This document shows positions 1 to 10,352 of a DNA stretch of 54,993 nucleotides, piece after piece. Location of the stretch: IMG/VR virus record IMGVR_UViG_3300045977_000377, positions 1-54,993 of that record. One strand, 5' to 3'. How positions within the stretch are numbered: the first letter of the stretch is position 1; the number at the start of each line of letters is the position of its first letter. Both the position numbers and the translations under genes were made by a program. Below the pieces are notes generated by a model, which saw only the letters and a list, made by a program, of their open reading frames with translations, was not told where the DNA came from and did no database searches. This DNA comes from a virus (taxonomy: Duplodnaviria > Caudoviricetes).

Positions 1-121
1 TGTCACGTCACCGATGCGGCCGAACACCGAGGTCACCTTCGCGTTGAGCGTGACATCGCCCGTCAGCGCGCCGCCGCCCGTCATGCCCGCGCCCGGCAGG
101 ACTTGCCGGGATGGCAACACG
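1..121. repeat. terminal overlap with 54873-54993 (120/121 identical)
   Basis: direct comparison; single mismatch at 117 (a) vs 54989 (c). Confidence 0.95.
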
Positions 122-1788
122 CCCGCCGTGTTCATTGTCGTTCCGTCGGGGAAGCCGATCCCGCTGACGGTGGACCGGATCAGACCGGATGCGGTGATGG
201 CGCCGACGCCGGTCAGGTTGTACCCGTCGGCGTCGATATCGGAGAGCCACGGGGTCTGTGGATCGCCCGCCGCGCCGGTCCCCCACTTGACGCCGTAGGG
301 TTGCGCCGAGTCCGAGAGCAGGACTTGGCCGTCGGTCCCGACCGGCAATCGCGAGAGGGCGCCCGAGGGCAGCGTGTCGCTGCGGACGATCAGGTCGCCC
401 TTGGTGGTGGTGGGATCGATTGGCCCGCCCGCGCCGCCCGCCGCCGCGATGGCGACATCCACGCGATTCGCGCCCGCTTGATCGTTCACGCTCACCGTCA
501 CGCCCGAGCCGCCGATGAAGTTGATCTCGCGCCGCGTGCCGATCAACGTCCCGGCCCCGGAGACGCGCGTCCGCTGAACGCTCGAATCATCGACAACGGC
601 GAGCGTGCGGTTGGCCGAGAGGTCGCCGCCGCCGGTCAGGCCGGTTCCGCTGGAGATCGTGCGCGTGGCCGGGACGCCGCCCGCGCCGGTCACGTCGGCA
701 GTGGTCAGCACAACCGCGCCCGTGCGGCCGAAGACCGACTGCACCGCTGCGTTGAGCGTGACATCGGCGGATAACTCGCCCGTTCCGCTTTGGTTCAGCC
801 CGCTTCCAGCAATGACTCGGCGTGTCGAGGGGACGCCGCCCGCGCCCGCGATGTCGCCGCTGGTGAGAACCACGTCTCCGGTCCTGCCGAACACCGAGAT
901 CACGTTGGCATTTAGTGTCCGGTCAGCCGTGAGCGCGCCGCCGCCGGTCATGCCCGCGCCCGCGAATATATTGACGCTCGCGAGCGCGAAGGCGGGCGCT
1001 GTGGGCGAGACCTTCGACCAGTTGAGCGAAGTGATCCAGATCGGGTCCGCATAAGAGACTGCGGTCGACACGGCATTGGTCACCTGCGCGGCCGTGTAGT
1101 CGCCGGTCGAGGCGGCGATGGCGCCGGTCCTGCCGAACACCGAAGAGACCGCGCCCGTGTTCGGCGCCCATTTCACGCCGGTCGCCTGCGCCGCATCCGC
1201 GACCAGGACGTAGTTGTCCACGCCGACGGGGAGCCGCGTCAGGACCAGAGAAGCGTTCTTGACGAGAAGGTCGCCCTTCGATGTGGTGGGATCGGTGAGC
1301 ATCCCGGCGATGACCACGTTGGAGAGCGTCTGGCCGTTGCCGTTGACCGGGCCGGTCCAGAGTTGCGGTCCCAGTGAGACAACGCCGGTCTGCCGGTTGA
1401 TGGAGAACGGCGGATCGATGCCCGCGACGGCGAGCAGGGCGCCCGCGTCGGAGTAGCGGCGGATGACGTAGTTGCTGCCCGCGTTGCCGCCGCTCTCCGT
1501 CGAGCCGTCCTTCCCTGCCGCCCACCGTCGAACGGGCGCGGGCGGCGTCTGCGTCGAGTAGAGGGTGAAGCCGGTGTTCGCTCCTTCCGCGCCGGTCGCG
1601 GTGATCTGGACCGGGCTCGCGTAGAACTCAAACGAGCCCGATCCCTGGAGGAGCACGTTCGACAGAACTTGGCCGCCGCCGTTGACCGGCCCCTTCCACT
1701 CGCGGATATCATGCCCGAGGAAGTTGAGCATGTCCGCGTTGAGGTAATCGTCCTGTGTGATGTCGATCCTGCTCAACCAGTCCGACAT
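1..1788 (-). CDS. tail fibre protein, N-terminal part (runs off left end; continues at 54872 if circular, ~1333 aa total)
   Basis: ATG at 1788 with AGGAGGGG RBS; reads MSDWLSRIDITQDDYLNADMLNF...; repeated V(T/S)SVFGRTG and DPTTxKGDLxVR...GVKW modules; in frame with the 52659..54992 ORF across the terminal overlap. Confidence 0.8.
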   Translation of the reverse strand, partial: MSDWLSRIDITQDDYLNADMLNFLGHDIREWKGPVNGGGQVLSNVLLQGSGSFEFYASPVQITATGAEGANTGFTLYSTQTPPAPVRRWAAGKDGSTESGGNAGSNYVIRRYSDAGALLAVAGIDPPFSINRQTGVVSLGPQLWTGPVNGNGQTLSNVVIAGMLTDPTTSKGDLLVKNASLVLTRLPVGVDNYVLVADAAQATGVKWAPNTGAVSSVFGRTGAIAASTGDYTAAQVTNAVSTAVSYADPIWITSLNWSKVSPTAPAFALASVNIFAGAGMTGGGALTADRTLNANVISVFGRTGDVVLTSGDIAGAGGVPSTRRVIAGSGLNQSGTGELSADVTLNAAVQSVFGRTGAVVLTTADVTGAGGVPATRTISSGTGLTGGGDLSANRTLAVVDDSSVQRTRVSGAGTLIGTRREINFIGGSGVTVSVNDQAGANRVDVAIAAAGGAGGPIDPTTTKGDLIVRSDTLPSGALSRLPVGTDGQVLLSDSAQPYGVKWGTGAAGDPQTPWLSDIDADGYNLTGVGAITASGLIRSTVSGIGFPDGTTMNTAGVLPSRQVLPGAGMTGGGALTGDVTLNAKVTSVFGRIGDVT

Positions 1789-1797
1789 GATCCCCTC

Positions 1798-2127
1798 CTA
1801 GTTCTGATCCGCCGCGTGACCGTTGGGCGCGGGCGACTGCGCGTCACCGCCGGGCGCGGGCGGCGGCATCGTTCTCAGTTCGCCGGGAACCTCGACGTAC
1901 AGGTTGTTGCCGTCGATCCGCGCCGCGTTGAACTGGTCGACGCCGACGCGCTGAATGACGGCGCGGACCAGCTTGCGTTGCTCCTCCTCGATCTGCGGCA
2001 TGCGCTTGTTGATGGCCTTCTTCTGCAGGCCGATGCTGCCGAGTTGAGCGAGCAGGGTTTTCTGCTCCTCCTCCAACTGCTTCGCCTGCATCTGTTCATC
2101 CGGTTGTAGTGAAAACGCTCTTTGCAT
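1798..2127 (-). CDS. small coiled-coil tail-associated protein / fibre chaperone
   Basis: 109 aa, Q/E/K-rich helix, AAGGAG RBS, between tail-tip and fibre genes. Confidence 0.6.
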   Translation of the reverse strand: MQRAFSLQPDEQMQAKQLEEEQKTLLAQLGSIGLQKKAINKRMPQIEEEQRKLVRAVIQRVGVDQFNAARIDGNNLYVEVPGELRTMPPPAPGGDAQSPAPNGHAADQN

Positions 2128-2139
2128 GGTTGCTCCTTT

Positions 2140-5100
2140 TCACAAAATTTCAACGACTAATCCGCCCCTGACTCTGGCCCGTTTGCCGTCGTTGGTCAGC
2201 AGATAGGTATCTGTCGTATTGCCTGGACCCCCGGCGGGCGCGGTTCCCGGCACGTTGATGCCGTACTCGTACACCGATCCGGTCCAGATGCCGAGTGACA
2301 GGCCGCCGATGCCGTCACTGGGGCATGACACCCCTTTGCCGACGAACGCGCCCGCCGCATTGATCACCACGTTTGTGCCCGCCTTGAACGATCCGGCCCC
2401 GAGTTCTCCGGCGAAAGTGGTCGCGCCGCTGATCGACAGTGACGCGCCCGCGATGGAGCCGGGAGTATTGATGCTCGGCCCGACGAACACGCCCGCCGAG
2501 TTGATCACATCCTTGTAGAACGGAGGCGTGAATTGCTTCACCGCAAAGGCCGTATCGGTGATGATCCTCGCGCCGTTGATCTGGCCGGTGCTGATCTGCG
2601 GGCCGATGTAGTGTCCAGCCGTATCGAGCGCCGCCGTCGACCCGACATTGAAGCTGCCGCCGGTAATCGCGCCCGACGCCTTCACGGTGCTCACATCCAC
2701 CGAGCCGCTGGTGTGCGCGCCCTTCAGCACGCGCGCCTCGATCACGCCGTTCGGATTCGCGCCCGTGCAGGTGATGTTCCCAGAGACGGTGGCGTTGCCG
2801 GTGACGGTCAGTGTTCCCGCCTGCACCGTTCCCGTGGTTGTGACGTTGCTGGAGCCGAGGCTGAACGCGCCGCCGCCGGTCAGGCTGAATCCGGCCGTGC
2901 TGATGGCTTTCGCCGTCAGCGTCTCCGTCACGTCGCAGTAGCCCCGGCAGTACACGTTGCCGCGCTGATCGACGTAGAAGTTTGTCTGAGCGGACTCGTT
3001 CATCATCCGGAAGAAAGCCGCCGACGCCGTGCCCGTCGGTGACTGCCCCGGCTTGAGCGAGCTTCCCGGCTGACCGGGAAGAGGCACGTCCGACGCGGAG
3101 CCGCCGGTCAAAAGCACCGTGCCGTTCGCGTTGGGCGCGTAGAGCGACAGTTCGCCCCACCACGTGGAGGCAGTATCCGGGTTGCCGTTCTGGTCGCCGT
3201 TCCATGAAACGAGCGCCGCCTTGCGTTGGCTCGACGGCCCGTAGAGAATCAGCCCGCGCGTGATCAGCATCGAGCCGTGCGTGGTGGGCGTCCCACTGAT
3301 CGACCGCTGGATTTTGATGCCGGGAAACTTCCATGCGCTTGGCGCGGCATTGTCCACCATGAAAGCGTCGTAGCCGAACTCCAGGTGGACGGCTTCGTTG
3401 TTCGGGTAGGAGCCGGATGGATTGTAGTTCTGGAGATAGTCGATGGTGAACTTGTTGATGTTCCGGATGTTCACCAGATCGGAGCCAAGAGTGGGGTTCG
3501 TTGCGTCCCGCCGCGCGAGGATTCGCCAGTCGCTCAGATTGGAGCCGCCCACCGCGAACTCGTTGAACCACGCGCCCGCGATGTCGGCCGGGTCGCCGTT
3601 GGGCACGAGCGTCGAGCCGTCGGTGTTCCGCGCGATACGCGCGCCGATGCGGCCGACCTCCTGGCCGGTGTTCCGCCGGATGGAGATGTAGGGCGCGTAG
3701 GGTTGGCCCTGGAAATACTCGAAGCCGCCGATGATCACCACGCCTGCGTTCGTCGCATAGAGCGGAGCGTTCACCGGGCTCCCGCCGCCGATGTACAACT
3801 CCGAGAACCAGCCGCCGAACACTGTATGCGCCGTCGGGTTGTCGGGCGTCTGCGTCCCCAAGTTCTCGCCCATCCAGGCGCGGAGAGTGTTGCTGGAGTT
3901 GTAGACCGCCACCTGCCCGTTCTGGAATCCGCCGAACTGCTTGTTCGCGTTCGCGACCCCATCCGAGCCCGTGCCCGGCGCAGGCCCGCCGCCGACGCGG
4001 AGGATGGAGCCGACGTAGATCTTCTTGGCGAGGAACCGCTCCGCGCTGAACTTCTCCCCCTCGGGCCAGTCAAACTCGCTCTCATCGAACCAGTCCTTCG
4101 GCAGGCGCGTCACCTTGATGTCGCCGGGGATCGGCGTGAACGGGTGGGTGAAGCGCGGCGTCGTACCGGGCAGGATCGTGTTCCGCTTGCCGTCCATCGA
4201 GCGGCTGACGAAATAGAAGTCCCACGTTCTCGCCTCGGGCGCAGGCTCCCAGTCGGTGGTGAAGCTCGTCGCGCCCTTCGGCGCGTCCCACCAAGTGGCG
4301 TTCACGGTGTCGCCCGAGGCCACGCGCGCGATGCTCATGCCGCCGAACGTATTGTCGGCCGGGTTCGACCACCCGGTGATCTTGTGGCGCATCATCTGCA
4401 CGCCGTCGTTGCTGAGTATCTGCTCCGTCTCGACCGTGCCCGCCGTCCCGAGTCCGGTGTGCTCCTGGCCCGTGCCGCCGAGCGCGGGAGGACCGACCAC
4501 CCACGTGGCCGTCGGCACGCGGGACGCCTCGGGCTTGCCCGTCCATGGATACCCGGCCGGGTCTGCGGTGGGCTTGCCATCGAAGTTGTAGGCGATGGCG
4601 GCGAACGTCCACGTCTCCGAGATCGAGGGAAGCTCGTTGATCTGAAGAGTCGCCCCTTTCGTCGGCGCCGGGAAGCTCCCGAACAGACGCGGCGGATCGA
4701 CGCCGACGCGATAGATCGACACCCCCGAGTAGCGCGTGCTGCTCGGGATCGTCCATGACGCATCGGCCAGCGCATAGAGCGTGCCGTCGATCATCGTGGC
4801 ATGACGCTTGTTGGCGAGCGCGAAGCCGGTCACATCCGGCGTCGAGCCCTGGCCCGCCGGAGGGTAGACCACCTGCACCGTCTGGACCGGCGTCACGTCC
4901 TTGACGATCTGGTTCAGGTTGCCCTCGATGTCCTTCGAGACGAACCAGCATTTGAGCGTCTGCGTCTCCGCGATGGGGATGTCCGTCGAGTGCCACTCCT
5001 CCGGCTTGTTTACGTCGAGGTACGGCCCCTGATCCCGAGTCCCGTCGGGGAACTCGTAGACGATCTGCACGCCCGCGAATTTCTTCAGCCCCGGCGGCAG

Positions 5101-5757
5101 CGGGATCGTCTCGTAAGCCATCCCTTCATACGTCGGAGAGAAGTCGAAGTCGAGCCGGAACGTCGGCCCGTTGGGGTCTTCAAAATTCTCGACCGGCGTC
5201 ACCAGCGGATCTTCCACCGTCCAGGTGTTCTCCATCCCGCTGACGAGAATGTTGCGCGCGGCGCCGACGCCGACGCGGATGCTCGGAGTCGGAGCAGGCA
5301 GATTGGCTCGCGTGAACTTCGCCACCCGAGTCCGGTTGAACGAGAGCAGGTAGACGCGGATCGGCCGCCAGACCGGCTTGCCGGGAATCAGCAGAATCGC
5401 GGGCGACTCGAAACTGTCGGTCTTGGGAATCGGCTTCCACGCGCCCGAGACCACGCTCGTCGGCGTCCCGCTCGCGCCTTGCTGGCCGAAGGTGACGGTG
5501 CCGTTCAGCGGCGCGGTGGCCTTCTCGCTCACGTCCGGATCTTCGAGATAGACCTTGCATCCGGTGAAGTTCTCCGGGGTCGCGGCGGCGTCCTTCTCCC
5601 AGTACACCGCCACCTCGATCTGCCCGTCCTCCTTCTCCTCGATGGACGTGTCGAGGATCGTGACCGGCGGCGGCTCCTGGCCCGCGCCGCCGCCCGATCC
5701 GCCGCTCGGGCCGGTGCGCTCGTAGATCCAGGTGCCGAGTTTGGTGGCAGTCGGCAT
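2140..5757 (-). CDS. large tail-tip / host-specificity protein
   Basis: likely start MPTATKLG at 5757, just after the upstream stop; repeated beta-rich modules (W...P...F.G..I), Gly/Thr-rich C-terminus. Confidence 0.7.
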   Translation of the reverse strand: MPTATKLGTWIYERTGPSGGSGGGAGQEPPPVTILDTSIEEKEDGQIEVAVYWEKDAAATPENFTGCKVYLEDPDVSEKATAPLNGTVTFGQQGASGTPTSVVSGAWKPIPKTDSFESPAILLIPGKPVWRPIRVYLLSFNRTRVAKFTRANLPAPTPSIRVGVGAARNILVSGMENTWTVEDPLVTPVENFEDPNGPTFRLDFDFSPTYEGMAYETIPLPPGLKKFAGVQIVYEFPDGTRDQGPYLDVNKPEEWHSTDIPIAETQTLKCWFVSKDIEGNLNQIVKDVTPVQTVQVVYPPAGQGSTPDVTGFALANKRHATMIDGTLYALADASWTIPSSTRYSGVSIYRVGVDPPRLFGSFPAPTKGATLQINELPSISETWTFAAIAYNFDGKPTADPAGYPWTGKPEASRVPTATWVVGPPALGGTGQEHTGLGTAGTVETEQILSNDGVQMMRHKITGWSNPADNTFGGMSIARVASGDTVNATWWDAPKGATSFTTDWEPAPEARTWDFYFVSRSMDGKRNTILPGTTPRFTHPFTPIPGDIKVTRLPKDWFDESEFDWPEGEKFSAERFLAKKIYVGSILRVGGGPAPGTGSDGVANANKQFGGFQNGQVAVYNSSNTLRAWMGENLGTQTPDNPTAHTVFGGWFSELYIGGGSPVNAPLYATNAGVVIIGGFEYFQGQPYAPYISIRRNTGQEVGRIGARIARNTDGSTLVPNGDPADIAGAWFNEFAVGGSNLSDWRILARRDATNPTLGSDLVNIRNINKFTIDYLQNYNPSGSYPNNEAVHLEFGYDAFMVDNAAPSAWKFPGIKIQRSISGTPTTHGSMLITRGLILYGPSSQRKAALVSWNGDQNGNPDTASTWWGELSLYAPNANGTVLLTGGSASDVPLPGQPGSSLKPGQSPTGTASAAFFRMMNESAQTNFYVDQRGNVYCRGYCDVTETLTAKAISTAGFSLTGGGAFSLGSSNVTTTGTVQAGTLTVTGNATVSGNITCTGANPNGVIEARVLKGAHTSGSVDVSTVKASGAITGGSFNVGSTAALDTAGHYIGPQISTGQINGARIITDTAFAVKQFTPPFYKDVINSAGVFVGPSINTPGSIAGASLSISGATTFAGELGAGSFKAGTNVVINAAGAFVGKGVSCPSDGIGGLSLGIWTGSVYEYGINVPGTAPAGGPGNTTDTYLLTNDGKRARVRGGLVVEIL

Positions 5758-5759
5758 AG

Positions 5760-8700
5760 CTATCCTGCGGTGACTCTCAATGCTTGCGTAGGCTCTACGG
5801 TGACCGTGGCATTGCCGTCGAAGAGAAGCTCGCCCGGCGCGCAATGCACGATGAGGTTGTTGGGTCCATTATCGTTCACCAGATACAAGCCGCGACCGGC
5901 ATAGGCCGCGATGGGCATCAACTGCACCTCGATGTCGTTCTCGCTCGTGTCGGCGCGCACCGTGTGATCGGTGGCGAACACGTCCCACGGCCCCGGCCCG
6001 TCGGCGGGCGGCGGCCCCGGCTTGGGTCCGATCTCGCGCACCGTCGGCGGCTGGCCGTACAGGAAGATCTCGCGATACACCGCATGCTCCTCGTGCGAGA
6101 TGCGGCCCTTGTCATCGACCAGGAAGCCGCCCACGAGCGCGACCAGATTCGCGAGGTTGTCCGACTTCACGCGAAGCTCGAAGATGTCGCCCGGCTGCGG
6201 GACGATCAGTTCGCTCGTGACCGAGGCGTAATCCCAATCGTGCGCCTCGATGATCACAATGGAGGTCGCGTCGGGTTTCACCGCGAAAGGCGGCGTGACG
6301 GTGACGCGCGTCTCGGTGTTCGCGGTGATGGCGCGAAGCTGCCCGGCGCCCGTCCCGCGCAGGATGCGGACGAGCCGCCCCTTCTCCTCATCCGGCCGGA
6401 GCCCGGCGGTGTCGGGGAATTGGTTGCGCGAGACCGAGTTGTTCCACATCGGATCTTCGACCCAGTCCCAATCGCTTGAGACGCCGATGGAGCGCATCAC
6501 CAGCACATCGCCCTCTTCGACCGAATCGGCCGCGATGATGGCGCCGCCGCCGTCGCGCCGCCTGCAGTTCGGGCTCACCGTGAACGTGCCGGTCGCGGAG
6601 TCGAATGCCGTGACGGTAAAGTTCCAGAGCGGCGCGCTGCCGTCCGACAGATCCGCGAGCGCGCTCACGATGCGGCCGACCCAGTTGTCGGTGGAGCCCA
6701 CGTAGTCGGCGCAGCGGATCTGATTGTCGGCCGGAACCTCGGTCACGAGCACGCCCGCGATGCCCGAGTGCCAGACATGCTTCGCGCTGATCCGCACGCG
6801 CCGGGCGGCCGCCTCGGGAAGCTGCCGCGTCATCGGCGCGAGGAAGCCGGTGTAGGCGTAGTTGAGCGGCATCGCCTCGCCCGTGTGCTCCTCCTGCAGC
6901 GCGAGCCGCCGCCGGTCGGTTCCGACGTAGAGATCCCATCCCGTCCAGGCGCCCGAGGTCGCCGGGATCATGTCGATCACGATCTTCTGATCGACTAGCC
7001 CCGAGGGTATCCAGAGCGCGAAGAGGTTCGACGGCATCGCCGCTTGCCCGCTCGCGTTCTTCTGCGTGACGGCGACGTAGACCGTCACCGGCCCGGTGAC
7101 GTGCCCGCCTGCGGCCGTCGAGACGTTAGTGATGCGCGGCTGCGCGAGCGCGGCGAAGCGGTTCACCACCTCCTCGCCCGCGACCCAGATGGCCGGGCTC
7201 CAGATGCCCTCGCGCGTGACCGAGTAATCCTGCCAGAGATCGAAGGTCCGCTCGCGCCAGTCCGGATAGAGCGGATCGCCCGCGAACGGCGCGACAAGGT
7301 TCGGCATCCACGCGAGACCGGCGGCCGGTTGCAGCGTCTCGGGCGGGCCGGTAATCGCGGGCACGTCGGCCGGGCTCGGGCCGAAGGCCGGGTTGTACAT
7401 CGAGTCGGTGGTGCAGGCGGCGGTGATGTCGATGGAGAAGTCCGGATTGAGAGCCCACGATTGCACGCGGCCCTCGCCGCGCGCGTCCGGTAGCCGCTCG
7501 TGATCGAGCGAGATCACATCGCCCACCATGGTCCGCAGCGCGAGCAGGGTAGTGCGGAAGCGCAGGTTGCGCGCCTTCTTGTACTCGTCCATGTTGGCGC
7601 CGCCAAGCTCCTCGCGCAGGCGCGTGGTGATGATCCTGGCGCACTGCGACTTGGTGGGGACGCCGACGAAGTTCATGTTCGACTGCAGGTACTGCGGCAT
7701 GCCGACCGCATCGCCCAACCACTTCGCGTGGTCGATGTCATAGAGAGTCACGCTGTTTAATGCGTAGTCGAACTCCTCGTCTCCGAACTCGCCCACGAGC
7801 CAGTTGAAGCGCGGCGCGAGCGGCGCGGCCTGCAGGCTCTTCAGCAGAATGTTCCAGCGTGTGAAAGCGTTGCCCGTCTTGACGGTCGAGTCCGCGCGGA
7901 CGCCGATCCAGAGCTTGCCCGCGACGAACGTGTAGTAGCCGCAGCAACAGTTCAGGATCTCGGTCAGCCAGTCCTTCAAGGGCTTCCGCTCCTTGAGCAC
8001 GCCGCGAAACGTGAAGCGCTTCTCCTCGACGCCGGGCACGATCATACTGTCGACCTCTTCGTCGCAGTACCCGGCGGCCGCGATGGCGGCAGGGATGTGG
8101 ACGAACTGCTCCATGATCGACGCCGGGATGAGGGCCGCCCGCGCCTCATCGATGCGGAGCCCGATGGCGCGCAGGTAGACGTTCACCGCCACCCAGACGG
8201 GATTCGAGAGCGCGGGCTTCCAGATTCGCGCGCCGGGCGCCGTCCAGATCCAGCCGCCGATTCCCTTCTCGACCGTGACCGTCATCGTCCGGTCGACCAC
8301 GGTGACCAACTGCAGTCCGATCTCGTCGGTCCTGCGGATCTCCGCGAAGGCGAGCCCGGCCGCGTAGCTCGCGCCGAAGGGCGGGATGTCGAAGGGCTTC
8401 TGGTCGATGGCGAAGAAGTCCATCGTGGCCGCCGGATCGCTGCCCAGGATGCCGCGCCATCCGCCTCCGTTCAGGGGATCGTGCGGCGGCTGGTTGTCGA
8501 GCTTGTGCTGGATGAGGTTCTTCGAGTAGCCGCCGATTGGCCCTTCGCTCACGATGCCCAAGGCGGCGTAGAACTCGCCGTCGTTCTCCTCGCGACCGGC
8601 CGCCACATCGCACGTCACCTTCATCGCCTTGTCGGTGTAGACCTCCTGCACCGGCCGCTGGTAGGCCGTGTCGTTGGTGATCGAGACGCTCGAAAGCAGG

Positions 8701-9788
8701 GACCGGCCGTAGCCGATGACGCCGGTCGCGATGTCCTTCGGGTAAAACATGATCGGCTGCGCCTCGACGCCGCCGAAGGATTTGGGGACGCCTCGCTGGA
8801 CGCAGGACGTGAAGTCCTTCGGGCAATCGGTATGCGAGGACGTGGATGGGCAATGCGGGCCTTTGTAGACCTTCCAGCACGTGCGCGAGACCATGCGCCA
8901 CGGGTAACCGAGGGTAAGCTCGAAGAGCCCGTCAGAGGCCGGGAGAACGAACGCGCCGTCGCTCGTCAGCGTCCACGGCCGCGCGTAGCCGCTCCATAGA
9001 TCGATCAAATACCCGGTGTTCACATGGAATAAAGAGAACAGAATCTCGGCGCGGAAGAGGTTGACCGAGTTGCCGTACTGGGTGAACACATCGTCCGCGT
9101 TGCCGAACGTGAACTCCGCGCTATCGCTCGCCTCGTTGACGGTCTGCCCGATGCCGTTCCACTGCGTCAGGCGCGGCAGGAACACCTGCGGCCGCGCCGG
9201 GTTCGACGGGCCGTCCCACTGCGCGGTGATCGAGCACCGCTGGTTGGAGAGCCAGAGGATGTCCTCGACGCCGCGCGGATAAATCATCACCAGCGGAATG
9301 AACTGCTGCACCTGCGCTTCGAGCGCCGCCGTCAACGCGGAGTCGGGGAAGCGCTCGACGCGCGCGGCGACGGTGTAGGGCGGCGTGACGCTCGGGACTT
9401 CGAGGAGCGTCAGCCCGGCGTTGGATGCGAGCAGGGCCTGCAGGTGGTCGAACTGCAGGTTGGGGTTCTCGTAGCGCGCCGTCACGCTCTCGACGCCGCC
9501 CGGCGTGCGGATGGCCGCCGAGAACTGCGCGTACTGTCCGAAGGCTTGCTGCCAGTGGCTCTTGAGCGCGTTGTAGTCGTTGCAGGCGAGATGGTCGCGG
9601 TGGAAGCGGAACCGGCGCACGCCCGAGCCGACGAGGTAGCGTTGCTCGGTCATGAGCCCCGGCGCGTCGAAGACATGGGTCGCCACCTGCGTCTCGAAGT
9701 CGACGCCGCTGCCGTAATCGCCGGTCAGCGGGAACGCGCCGATCACGGGCGCGGGCGGAATCGGGATCGAGCCGAGCGAGTCGCTCAC
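5760..9788 (-). CDS. tail hub / central tail-tip protein (gpL/gpJ-like fusion)
   Basis: 1342 aa; Cys cluster C-WKVYKGPH-C...C-PKDFTS-C resembles the gpL-type Fe-S motif; two genes downstream of tape measure. Confidence 0.7.
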   Translation of the reverse strand: MSDSLGSIPIPPAPVIGAFPLTGDYGSGVDFETQVATHVFDAPGLMTEQRYLVGSGVRRFRFHRDHLACNDYNALKSHWQQAFGQYAQFSAAIRTPGGVESVTARYENPNLQFDHLQALLASNAGLTLLEVPSVTPPYTVAARVERFPDSALTAALEAQVQQFIPLVMIYPRGVEDILWLSNQRCSITAQWDGPSNPARPQVFLPRLTQWNGIGQTVNEASDSAEFTFGNADDVFTQYGNSVNLFRAEILFSLFHVNTGYLIDLWSGYARPWTLTSDGAFVLPASDGLFELTLGYPWRMVSRTCWKVYKGPHCPSTSSHTDCPKDFTSCVQRGVPKSFGGVEAQPIMFYPKDIATGVIGYGRSLLSSVSITNDTAYQRPVQEVYTDKAMKVTCDVAAGREENDGEFYAALGIVSEGPIGGYSKNLIQHKLDNQPPHDPLNGGGWRGILGSDPAATMDFFAIDQKPFDIPPFGASYAAGLAFAEIRRTDEIGLQLVTVVDRTMTVTVEKGIGGWIWTAPGARIWKPALSNPVWVAVNVYLRAIGLRIDEARAALIPASIMEQFVHIPAAIAAAGYCDEEVDSMIVPGVEEKRFTFRGVLKERKPLKDWLTEILNCCCGYYTFVAGKLWIGVRADSTVKTGNAFTRWNILLKSLQAAPLAPRFNWLVGEFGDEEFDYALNSVTLYDIDHAKWLGDAVGMPQYLQSNMNFVGVPTKSQCARIITTRLREELGGANMDEYKKARNLRFRTTLLALRTMVGDVISLDHERLPDARGEGRVQSWALNPDFSIDITAACTTDSMYNPAFGPSPADVPAITGPPETLQPAAGLAWMPNLVAPFAGDPLYPDWRERTFDLWQDYSVTREGIWSPAIWVAGEEVVNRFAALAQPRITNVSTAAGGHVTGPVTVYVAVTQKNASGQAAMPSNLFALWIPSGLVDQKIVIDMIPATSGAWTGWDLYVGTDRRRLALQEEHTGEAMPLNYAYTGFLAPMTRQLPEAAARRVRISAKHVWHSGIAGVLVTEVPADNQIRCADYVGSTDNWVGRIVSALADLSDGSAPLWNFTVTAFDSATGTFTVSPNCRRRDGGGAIIAADSVEEGDVLVMRSIGVSSDWDWVEDPMWNNSVSRNQFPDTAGLRPDEEKGRLVRILRGTGAGQLRAITANTETRVTVTPPFAVKPDATSIVIIEAHDWDYASVTSELIVPQPGDIFELRVKSDNLANLVALVGGFLVDDKGRISHEEHAVYREIFLYGQPPTVREIGPKPGPPPADGPGPWDVFATDHTVRADTSENDIEVQLMPIAAYAGRGLYLVNDNGPNNLIVHCAPGELLFDGNATVTVEPTQALRVTAG

Positions 9789-10180
9789 CAGACCTCCCGC
9801 ATGCCGAGCGAGACCTCGCTCCGGCCGAGTTGATGCTGGTCGCTCCAGTGGCCGTCCCAGACCACGGTGTACCGGCCGAACGGCGACGAGCCGGTGGGAT
9901 CGGGCGTGAAGGGCGGCTGCGTCTCGCGCGGCAGATAGAAGTAGAACGGCTGTACGAGATGCGCCTTAAAGAACGTGTACAGGGATGTGTACTGCGGCCC
10001 GGTGACGCGCCGCGTGATGCGGAAGAAATGGCGCGGCGTGTCCTGCAGCTTCATCCGGTCGCTGGAGCCGTCCGGATACACGTTGACGAAGCTCTCGATG
10101 CGTAGCTCCTCCTGCAGGCCCGCGTAGAAGCCTGCCGGGATCACGTCGACCGGGTTCGCCGGTTGAATGTTGCCGGGCAT
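9785..10180 (-). CDS. distal tail / gpM-like minor tail protein
   Basis: 131 aa, first minus-strand gene after tape measure; FFKAH...PFYFY motif. Confidence 0.6.
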   Translation of the reverse strand: MPGNIQPANPVDVIPAGFYAGLQEELRIESFVNVYPDGSSDRMKLQDTPRHFFRITRRVTGPQYTSLYTFFKAHLVQPFYFYLPRETQPPFTPDPTGSSPFGRYTVVWDGHWSDQHQLGRSEVSLGMREVW

Positions 10181-10231
10181 AATATGCGCGCTCTATAAAG
10201 TGCAATTCAGAACGTCGGGTAAAATGGTTTT

Positions 10232-10348
10232 ATGTCTAACGAACCAACAACGGACCAGAGGCTGACGGCCGCGAGCCGGTCCCTCGCCAAAAGCGCCGCC
10301 ATCCTCTTCGTAATCGCCATCGTGCTGTACCTGTACGCGAACTCGTAA
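10232..10348 (+). CDS. 38-aa single-TM peptide (moron-like)
   Basis: MSNEPTTDQRLTAASRSLAKSAAILFVIAIVLYLYANS; TAAAAT -10 at 10220-10225, 6 nt before ATG. Confidence 0.5.
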   Translation: MSNEPTTDQRLTAASRSLAKSAAILFVIAIVLYLYANS

Positions 10349-10352
10349 GCCC

